This document shows positions 1 to 7,863 of a DNA stretch of 20,000 nt, piece after piece (positions within the stretch are counted from its first letter, which is position 1; each line of letters starts with the position of its first letter). The DNA is taken from assembly GCA_051942205.1 (NCBI GenBank), contig JAVECO010000119.1:52933-72932 (forward strand), given 5' to 3'. Source of the stretch: Coniocarpon cinnabarinum (lineage: Eukaryota). The translations under genes and the position numbers were made by a program. The notes below the pieces were generated by a model. It had not been told where the DNA came from, did not search any database, and saw nothing but the letters and a program-made list of their open reading frames with translations.

Positions 1-845
1 AGCCGCTGCGAGGAGTGATCCGTCAGGAGTAAGGGCCAACGCGGCTGCCGCCTCATGAAGCAGATAGGTATGGACCAGTTGCGCCGATCGATTGTATATC
101 ACATACGTTTGGATGCGCCATTCCGGTGCCAGCATGATCAGCGTCCGACCGTCTTCTGATATCTCAACGGAAGTCGGTCGCCGTTGCAACGCGAAAGTAG
201 CAAGCGTCATGGGCGTTGCCAGACTCAGATCCAATATGTACATCTGCGAGCTGTTGCTGGCGACGAGCTTGGACCCGCGTGGCGAAAAGGCGAATGAGAA
301 GTTCTCTCCGTGGGGAACAGCCGAAGACGAGACAGTCGAGGGTGTAGACAAACGATACGTTTTCTTCTGCGGACGATATGGTGCGAAAAGATTGCGCCTC
401 GATTCATAGCCAAACATGCGCTTGAGATCTGAGAGCTCCATACTCTTGTAGTCCGACCATCTTCGCTTCCGCTGGTCTTCATCCTTGACGACGCACTTCG
501 CAAGATGGAATGCGTATAAGAGCGTCGAGTTGGTTTTCTGTCGCCAATGCCGATTGAGCACAGACAGGGAAGCGAACGTAGGAGGATCAACCGTTATAAG
601 GAGACTGCACACAGCGCTTAGTGTCTGACTCTTCTAAAATGCTAGGGCCACAAAGCTTACAGTTCCTGTACCGAAGCTGGGAGTCGGTTCAAGGCAGATG
701 CGGCACGCGGCTTAGGACTCTCTGGCGCATCGTGAAACTCGGGCTCAGCTGAATGATCTTGGGCGGCGAAGAGGAGCACTTCTTCAGCAAGTGAAGTAGG
801 CATGGCCGGGAAAGGCTCCTGAAGTTGGGTGACTGCACTGGTCAT
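1..845 (-). CDS. F-box domain protein with probable WD40-like beta-propeller; exon 1 845-661, intron 660-605, exon 2 604 to <1 (3' end outside window)
   Basis: ATG at 845; GTAAGC donor at 660, CTAAG branch-like site, TGCAG acceptor ending at 605 (56-nt intron). The spliced product reads LNRLPASVQELLLITVDPPTFASLSVLNRHWR (F-box-like), then FAFSPRGSKLVA, VEISEDGRTLI and LALTPDGSLLAA (propeller-blade-like). I checked by hand that exon 2 has no stop down to position 1; the ORF track misses this frame. Confidence 0.85.
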
Positions 846-1370
846 GATGGAACAAGATGCTGTGGGTCAGAGAGGAGATTGAAAGATGATTTGGCTAGAC
901 TGTCGTCTACATCGCTTGCTCAGGCAAATTGTGGGTTCGTTGCAGTGCCAGCTCTAAGTGAGGATCTCGTCAGACGCCTGAACCAAGGCAAGGTGCTTCT
1001 GTGAACGAGCGACGTCGAGCCAACGCAGCGTCACAAGCACCGAGGTAGCAAAGTCAACGAGATAGCCAGTGCAAGAGCAGCTAAGTGGAGAGCCGGGGTA
1101 GCTGGCCGGCTGGTTAATGGAGGAGCAGTCGGTTTGAAGACGCGGCCCTAGGTGTGGTCTAATCAGTACCTCAGAACTAGTCTGGAATTAATACCTAGCG
1201 CACTGCCGCAAGTCCGTCTTGGCAGGTAGAAGGAGCCTCAAGGACCCAGCCGCGTGGAGTTCAAATGCGGTTCGGCTTGCGATTTGGAACATCCATGGCA
1301 GAGATTGTGGGTGAAGTGTCGGTGCGACTGAGCTGTCTTGGTTTCTACATTGAGCGACAGAGCGAAAGAG

Positions 1371-1754
1371 CCTACCTAGTAAGCTGTTGAGGGCTGGATG
1401 CCTGGTTGAAGCGTTGGTTTCGTCATACGTAGTTGGCCATTTACCTAAATTTGGCTGAGACCCTGACCGCCCCGCCAGCCTCGTAAGGCCAAGATGGCTT
1501 CTACCTACCGTGGACAGAGGTAGGTACCTAGGTATGTTCGAAGCAAGAGGTAGGGTCGGGAATCGAGGCACACACAGGCTCGGATGGATTGAATGCTGAA
1601 TGTTTTGGTGTCGTGGCTGCAAAAGTGTGTGAGTGAGCTCAGGTCACCACCCTAATAATTTAGCATTTCGCGCTGCAAAGACTCGTCAGGTAGCTCAGTA
1701 GCCGGTAGCTTGGTCTCTGATATCCACCTACCCACCCACCCACCTACCTACCTA
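1371..1754. repeat. Intergenic cluster of TACCTA/TAGGTA words ending in a (CCAC/CTAC)n microsatellite
   Basis: CCTACCTAG at ~1371, TTACCTA at 1441, CTACCTAC at 1501, TAGGTACCTAGGTA at 1521-1534 and CCACCTACCCACCCACCCACCTACCTACCTAC at ~1723-1754. Confidence 0.6.
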
Positions 1755-2115
1755 CAAATAGGCAGATATTCAGGTGGCGTGCTCGCATGAGCTGTGGTGA
1801 GGTCGGTACAGCCCGTATAGCATCGGCACACGAGACCTTGCACAAAGTCAATGTCGAGTTTTGAATGGAAACCAGCACTCAAGCCTTGCATGGTGGCCGT
1901 TCGTCCTTTTATAACATGCACATGGAAGATTTGGGAGTTGGGAAGTGATCGGTGAGTCGAATGTGGGGGGATGGATCGCATGCAAGCTAGTAGTACAAGA
2001 ACAGTGCTGGTCAGTCTCAACTTGTGACCACACACCAGATCAACGAAACATCATGATGCCTCTACACGGTCATGTAGAACTTTGACCCGGGCGGAGAAGA
2101 GCGGGCGACAAGCTT

Positions 2116-3208
2116 CTACTTTCTCCTGTTGCCACTCATGCCGAGAATCTGGACCATGCGGATGAAGATGTTGATGAAGTCGAGCTCAAGGCTGACAGAC
2201 TCATTCACCACATCCTTGCGCATCATCCCCCGCTCAGCATATCGCGCGTGAGCCAGTATCTTTTGTATGTCGTACAGCGTGAAGCCACCAAAGACAGCTA
2301 AGCCGCCATATAGCCATATGTTTTCCGTCCACATCAAAGTCCTCGTGGCGGTGGCGGGTATGACCAAGGGCGCAAGACCAGACAGTGCAACGACAGCAAC
2401 GCCAGCGAGAAGCGGCGCTCCCAGGTACAAATACTTTTCTTGCTTGGCTGTAGCACCGACAAAAGCGATGCTGCCCATCATGCCCAAAGTGTATAGACCA
2501 GCTCGGGCAAGCAGCGCTGGCTGGATGAACATGAGTGGACTGAGGACGGCGGCCTGAGTGATGTTGAATGCTGCCCAAAGACCGTACTTCTGGATATAGT
2601 TGTCAGGATTAGTATAGAATGTACCCATCATGGTTCCAATAGATGCGGCAATACCGCCACCCATAACAAGCCACGGGTTTGCAGCCATGAGACGAATCGA
2701 CCAGCCACTAGTATGAAGAGCGCGGGCAGCGACTGCGATGATTCCAAGTCCGAGTCCGGTGTGCATGAAGGTTTCATTGAGATAAGAACGTTCAAAGGGC
2801 GGCATGCCACCATCTTCACGTGTCTCGCGGTTGAACACCCTGAAGCTAAAGTTAGTCAAGACATGGGAAGAGGCATCTAAAGGAGTCTCACAAATTGATC
2901 GCAAGCAGGGTGCCTCCGAAAATAGCGCCACCGTAGATGAGCTTCTGCCTTACATCGCCAGTATTCGCTTGAAAGCCAGGAGCTTGCTGCGAGATCGTAC
3001 GTCGCGAATTTGGTTCGAAAGCGCTGCGAAAAGCATTCTGGAAGATGGCGTTGCGGCCCTTGAATAAAGCGAAGCCCCCGGATACAGATGAGGATTTGAA
3101 AGCGGTGTTTGAGGTGCGGTGAAACGCGCGGAAAACGGTCGTGGACGGGTGTGAGAGCTGCTTGACGCCAGATGCGACGGCATATGGACGTCGAAGTAAT
3201 GTAGCCAT
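2116..3208 (-). CDS. Bax inhibitor-1 family (TMBIM; GHITM/MICS1-like) mitochondrial membrane protein, ~346 aa; exons 3208-2892 and 2839-2116
   Basis: The N-terminus is Arg/Ser/Ala-rich and presequence-like (MATLLRRPYAVAS...FRAFHRTS). A 52-nt intron (GTGAGA at 2891, CTAAC branch, CAG at 2840) joins GGTLLAINL to VFNRETREDGGMP. There are multiple TM helices and the BI-1-type motifs GFTLYDIQKI and SLELDFINIFIRMVQIL. Confidence 0.92.
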
Positions 3209-3306
3209 GAGGACTATCTGCGTGCGATGAGGAAGGATGGAAGTCAAAGAAAGAGTGAAAAGAAGCCTCCTTGTAGGTAGAATCAAGATACGATGAGGGA
3301 GCAGCG

Positions 3307-3318
3307 AGTCACGTGACT
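3307..3318. promoter_or_regulatory. Perfect 12-bp palindrome AGTCACGTGACT with an extended E-box (GTCACGTG, Cbf1/bHLH-type) in the divergent promoter
   Basis: Seen directly between the BI-1 ATG (3208, minus) and the permease 5' leader. Function is inferred. Confidence 0.5.
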
Positions 3319-3395
3319 ATGCCATTCCAGAGGTTCCTTCCCCACTCGAGAATTGGTACCTTGCTGTGTTGACATTCGTCCTCTCTTTACCTGCA

Positions 3396-3499
3396 GTGCA
3401 ACGGACCGGTGTTCGTCGAGAGATCTCTGTCTCTCGTCGCTCTGAGAAATACGGTTTGAACTTGATCTGGGTAAATCCAGCGATAAGGACTCGTTGCAC
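3396..3499 (+). ncRNA. TPP (thiamine pyrophosphate, THI-box) riboswitch aptamer in the 5' leader of the NCS1 permease
   Basis: P1 GTGCAACG (3396-3403)/CGTTGCAC (3492-3499); P2 GACCG (3404-3408)/CGGTT (3452-3456); distal P3 CGAGAGA (3417-3423)/TCTCTCG (3430-3436); conserved CTGAGA (3442-3447) followed by AATAC; P4 CTT (3461-3463)/AAG (3485-3487); GAT bulge; P5 CTGGG (3467-3471)/TCCAG (3476-3480) followed by CG. This matches the fungal pattern CTGAGA..ATAC..AACTTGATCTGGATAATACCAGCGAAAGG. Confidence 0.92.
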
Positions 3500-3506
3500 G
3501 CGCAAG

Positions 3507-5069
3507 ATGTCTTCCTCGAGGGGCAAGACCAGCATGGACGTAGATCCAGAGATGGGCCCGCGTAGCGAAGGCGAGCCGATGCATGAGATCGAGACAGCAG
3601 CTGTGACTCACGAGCTCGCATTCAACGCCCGTGGCAAGCAATGGATCCAGAAACATGGGCACATCTTAGCTGGAATGAATCTCGAAACTAGAGGTATCCG
3701 ACGGGTGGAGCCCAGCGAACGACATTCTACCAAGGCCTTAGGATACACCCAAATTTCAGTCCTCTGGTTCTCCATCAATCTAGCTGCCAACAACATTACA
3801 CTTGGCATGCTTGGGCCAACGGTATTCCACCTCAGTTTTTCCGACGCTGCGCTCAGTGCAGTCTTTGGCATGCTTGTCGGATGTCTTCCCGTGGCTTACA
3901 TGGCTACCTTCGGGCCACGCTCTGGTCATAGGACACTCGTGTTCGCGCGCTATATCATGGGCTACTGGCCAGCCAAACTCATCGTCGTGCTCAACCTTAT
4001 CGTTTTACTGGGTTATGCGCTCATCGATGCAGTCGTCGCTGGACAGATCCTTTCTGCTGTTTCTCCCAACGGTGGTCTCTCGGTTGTAGTGGGAATCATC
4101 ATTGTCGCAGTTGCCACTTGGGCAATTACCACCTTCGGTTATCGCATCTTTCACTTTTACGAACGCTATGCATGGATACCCCAGATTGTTGGTTTCAGCA
4201 TCTTGGCAGGCGTTTCAGGGCCTCAGTACGATATGGCAGCGCCTTCAGAAGGGAGCACTCGGACGCAGACCGGCGACAGGCTCTCTTTCTTCAGTCTGTG
4301 TCTGTCAGCTGCTATTACCTACGCTGGGGCCGGCGCTGACTTTTTCGTGTACTACCCTGAGGAAGCTCCTCGTTGGAAAGTCTTTGTAGCCACTGTAGCT
4401 GGGCTCGCTCTGAGCTTCACCTACGCATTTCTCGTTGGCATTGGGCTGGGATCAGGCGTGGCGGTGGATACAAGTTGGGCAAGGGCATACGATACCTCTC
4501 AGGGGGCTCTTATAGTGCAGGGTTTCGAGCCACTCGGTACTTTTGGTCATTTCACTAGCGTCGTGGTCGCGCTGGGCCTCATCGCCAACATTATGCCTCC
4601 AGCATATTCGTCCGGCATCGACTTTCAAATCCTGGGCAAAGCATTCGCTTTGGTGCCCCGGGTGGTCTGGAACCTCGTCGGCGTCATTATCTTCACCGTC
4701 TGTGCTCTTGCCGGGCGAGAACACCTGGCTGCAATATTTACAAATTTTTTGGCTATCATGGGCTACTGGCTGTCGATATTCATTGCAATTACGCTTGAGG
4801 AGCATCTCGTGTTCAGGCGACGTCGAGGGTTTGACTGGGCGGCCTGGGACAAGCGAGAATCACTTCCTGTTGGTGCAGCGGCTCTGGCGGCATTCTTGGT
4901 TGGATGGGTGGGTGCCATCATTTCCATGGCTCAAGTCTGGTACATTGGACCACTTGCAAAGCTCGTCGGTGACTATGGTGCCGACATGGGCAATTATGTG
5001 GGATTTTCTTGGGCAGCGCTGGTCTATCCGCCTTTGAGATATGCCGAGCTCAAGAAGTTTGGTCGCTAA
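3507..5069 (+). CDS. NCS1-family purine-cytosine permease-like transporter (Fcy2/Tpn1-like), ~520 aa, intronless from ATG 3507
   Basis: Motifs LETRGIRRVEPSER, WFSINLAAN, FGPRSGHRTLVFARYIMGYWP, GADFFVYYPE, NFLAIMGYW, SMAQVWYIGPLA and YPPLRYAELKKFGR, with about 12 hydrophobic segments. The first in-frame ATG is at 3507 (alternative 3534); the ORF track starts at GTG 3366. Confidence 0.93.
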   Translation: MSSSRGKTSMDVDPEMGPRSEGEPMHEIETAAVTHELAFNARGKQWIQKHGHILAGMNLETRGIRRVEPSERHSTKALGYTQISVLWFSINLAANNITLGMLGPTVFHLSFSDAALSAVFGMLVGCLPVAYMATFGPRSGHRTLVFARYIMGYWPAKLIVVLNLIVLLGYALIDAVVAGQILSAVSPNGGLSVVVGIIIVAVATWAITTFGYRIFHFYERYAWIPQIVGFSILAGVSGPQYDMAAPSEGSTRTQTGDRLSFFSLCLSAAITYAGAGADFFVYYPEEAPRWKVFVATVAGLALSFTYAFLVGIGLGSGVAVDTSWARAYDTSQGALIVQGFEPLGTFGHFTSVVVALGLIANIMPPAYSSGIDFQILGKAFALVPRVVWNLVGVIIFTVCALAGREHLAAIFTNFLAIMGYWLSIFIAITLEEHLVFRRRRGFDWAAWDKRESLPVGAAALAAFLVGWVGAIISMAQVWYIGPLAKLVGDYGADMGNYVGFSWAALVYPPLRYAELKKFGR

Positions 5070-5615
5070 TAAGCGCGATGTGCGGAAGTCTTAATGTATG
5101 ACTTGGCATGATTCATCGTGACTGAAAGTGTAGATAGCTAGTCTAGAAAATGTGATGCTATTGACTGTCTGCAGTATGCTGAGCGCGACATGTGATGAAA
5201 TGAACCGCACCAAAGTAAGAGCCTCCACATACTGTAAGTTGAGGAAATTACGTGTTCTCGCTTGTGCCTCGCAAGCTCTGCTTAGTCGTCAGCTGTCGGG
5301 AACTCCATCTCTTTCCGTGCTCGGATCTGAAGACGACTGGAGGACAGTGTATGGGGGTCCTAAGACCTTAACAATCAAGCTCGCGCGAAAAAGCAGGAGT
5401 CAATGCATGCGAACAGTCACCACCCAGTCGCACAGCGATCATGACTCAACTGTTGCCAAGCGTTGCTCAACCCTCGAGAATTATACACCAACGCTCCGTG
5501 TCTGCGCTCAAACCACTACGGTATTGTTCGACCGAGTAGGACTGTGCATGAAATCAATCGTTAGGTTGAAGATTTATAGATATAGTTGCACACCGTACCA
5601 ATCTCACTCACAACC

Positions 5616-7658
5616 ATGGCCAAGAAAGATGCCAAAGCCAAGGCCGCAGAAAGGAAAGCCCGTGCTGCCGCAAAACAGTCCAAGAAAACGGCCAAGTCGA
5701 CCGCGAAAGCGTCGAGAAAATCGCACGGCGCTGACACCGACTCCTCAGACGACGAGAGCGTTGATCTTGACGCCGTCCTCGCATCATACGCGGCACAGCA
5801 GGAGCGCTTCCTCGCCGTTTCAGAGACGCCATGTGAGCCTCCATCGGTGCGTGGATCCCCAACATTGCTGGCAAATCCGCAGAATGGACGGGAGTTGTTG
5901 TTGTTTGGAGGCGAGTCTTTTGACGGGTTGCTGGCCCGATTTTTCAATGACCTGTTCGTTTACAACACAAAGCGGGACACTTGGGCATTGGTGAGTAGTG
6001 CAAATGCGCCTTTAAACCGCAGTGGCCATGCATGGTGCGCGCATCCGAACAGCAAGCTGGTATACTTGTTCGGCGGGGAATTCTCGAGCCCGAAACAGGG
6101 CACGTTCTATCACTATTCTGACTTTTGGTGTCTGGACCCAGGAAATAGAGAGTGGACGAAAATCGAGCCTCGGGGTAAGTCACCCAGCGCTAGGTCTGGT
6201 CATCGTGTCGTGGGCTGGAAGACTTACGTGTTACTCTTCGGCGGCTTCAGGGATACCAGCGGTGGGACGACGTACCTGAACGATACCTACATCTTTGATA
6301 CGGCAAATCAGGTCTGGCATGCCCCGATCCCGCCTTCAGGTACGCAGCGACCAGATCCTCGTAGCAGCTTCAGCTTCCTACCGCACGAGCAGGGCGCTAT
6401 GTTGTTCGGCGGTTACTCTCGCGCAAAGAAAGTAGCACGATCGAGAACAGGAGCTAGTAAGGTCACCGAGCAACCCATTATGCATCAAGATGTATGGATG
6501 TTGCGTGTGTCCCAGGCTGCGTCTGCTAGTGACCCACCAAGCATTAGATGGGAAAAGCGCAAGAGGCCAGCAAATGCGCCGAATCCGCCGCGTGCAGGTG
6601 CGACGATGACAAGTCATAAAGGAAGAGGCGTTGGCTTTGGCGGCGTGTGGGATACCGAGTCTAGCGAGGAGCGACTGGAAAGCGAGTTCTTCAACGACTT
6701 GAGCGTCTGGAATGTAGAAAGGAATCGATGGTTTAACTTGAATCTTCGAAGGCCTAAAGCAAAGAGAGGCGACGGCGCCGAGAAGACAGGCCGAGCAGCG
6801 AGAAAGAGACAGGGCGATGAAGAGTTGCTAGATAGGTTGAAACAACTTGAAGCGGAAGACGAGACAGAAGAGGAACAGGGAAAGGAGACGGTACCGAGTG
6901 ACGGAGAGGAGCAAGGAGGGGCATCCGTGGAAAAGCCAGTCATGTGGGAAATGCCCCATCCCAGATTCAACGCACAATTGGCCGTGCAGAACGATGTGCT
7001 GTATATCTACGGCGGCACATACGAAAAGGGTGACAAGGAGTTCATGTTTGATGAGATGTGGATGACGGACCTGGGCAAACTCGACGGATGCCGACAGATA
7101 TTCAGGCGTGAGATACCGGCGTGGGGTGAAGAAGAAGCTGAGGAGGAGGAGGGCGAGGAGGAGGAAGAAGAAGACGAAGAAGCAGAGGAAGAGCCCGAAA
7201 TTAGCAGCGATGAAGCAAGCATGGAAGATGCAGAGATCGGGAATGACCTAGAATCAACGACTGATACAACTGCACGCTCGGAGATCTTGTCTACACCTGC
7301 TACTTCCGTGTGTCAAGATCAGGACGACCAGATACCTACCCAATACTCCTTAGTCGAGGACCACCTCCCACATCCACGTCCTTTTGAGTCTCTCCGGGGC
7401 TTTTATGCGCGCACAACCATACAATGGCAAGAACTGTTGCAGACTGAACTCGGCCATTCTAAGCTCACCACAGACAAATCTGTCAAAGAAATCAAAAAGC
7501 TTGCATTTAAGAGGGCAGAGGATAGGTGGTGGGATTGTCGTGAGGAGATTCAAGCGCTTGAGGCCGAGCAAGAAGAAGCCGGCATAGGCGAAGTGGTCAA
7601 CTTGCAGGAGAAGACGGGTAACCGCGGCACAGACACGGCTACTGGGCGACGGAGATGA
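5616..7658 (+). CDS. KEL3: Kelch-repeat protein, Kel3/KLHDC4-like, with an acidic tract and a C-terminal DUF4110-like segment, ~680 aa
   Basis: ATG in ACAACCATGG context and a Lys-rich N-terminus. Kelch blades LLLFGGE, VYLFGGEFSSPKQGTFYHYSDFW, PSARSGHR, LFGGF and LYIYGG. Glu-rich tract at ~7128-7195 and C-terminal PHPRPFESLRGFYARTTIQWQ...RWWDCREEI. Confidence 0.88.
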   Translation: MAKKDAKAKAAERKARAAAKQSKKTAKSTAKASRKSHGADTDSSDDESVDLDAVLASYAAQQERFLAVSETPCEPPSVRGSPTLLANPQNGRELLLFGGESFDGLLARFFNDLFVYNTKRDTWALVSSANAPLNRSGHAWCAHPNSKLVYLFGGEFSSPKQGTFYHYSDFWCLDPGNREWTKIEPRGKSPSARSGHRVVGWKTYVLLFGGFRDTSGGTTYLNDTYIFDTANQVWHAPIPPSGTQRPDPRSSFSFLPHEQGAMLFGGYSRAKKVARSRTGASKVTEQPIMHQDVWMLRVSQAASASDPPSIRWEKRKRPANAPNPPRAGATMTSHKGRGVGFGGVWDTESSEERLESEFFNDLSVWNVERNRWFNLNLRRPKAKRGDGAEKTGRAARKRQGDEELLDRLKQLEAEDETEEEQGKETVPSDGEEQGGASVEKPVMWEMPHPRFNAQLAVQNDVLYIYGGTYEKGDKEFMFDEMWMTDLGKLDGCRQIFRREIPAWGEEEAEEEEGEEEEEEDEEAEEEPEISSDEASMEDAEIGNDLESTTDTTARSEILSTPATSVCQDQDDQIPTQYSLVEDHLPHPRPFESLRGFYARTTIQWQELLQTELGHSKLTTDKSVKEIKKLAFKRAEDRWWDCREEIQALEAEQEEAGIGEVVNLQEKTGNRGTDTATGRRR

Positions 7659-7863
7659 AGAAATTTGTTTCGTTCTGCGGTCTCTGCTGTCGGCAAGCCT
7701 TGTTCCACTGCTGAGCGTCCCATGTCCTACAGCGCGTCTGCTGACTGATACGAACGAAACAATCAGCTCCTTAGAGTGGCCAAACAGACTTTCAACTCGA
7801 GATATTTCGCATGAGCCCCTTCCCTATTGTACGCAGACTTTTCACCGTACAACCAAGTCAGCG

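Noticed and set aside
1684..1722. GGTAGCTCAGTAGCCGGTAGC resembling a tRNA D-arm/A-box
   Set aside because: No anticodon arm, TTCRA T-loop or acceptor stem follows.
1188..2035. Minus-strand ORFs of 144, 95 and 61 aa
   Set aside because: They show no protein-like motifs and lie in or beside motif-rich intergenic/3' UTR sequence.
3366..3506. GTG-initiated N-terminal extension of the permease in the ORF track
   Set aside because: GTG initiation is unlikely in fungi and the segment is explained by the TPP aptamer. It is kept only within the speculative splice model.
5152..5994. 280-aa plus-strand ORF overlapping the kelch gene
   Set aside because: It has a non-ATG start in the track, overlaps the kelch CDS out of frame and shows no recognisable motifs; likely a shadow ORF.
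7128..7195. GAA/GAG-rich tract
   Set aside because: It simply encodes the acidic linker of the kelch protein.
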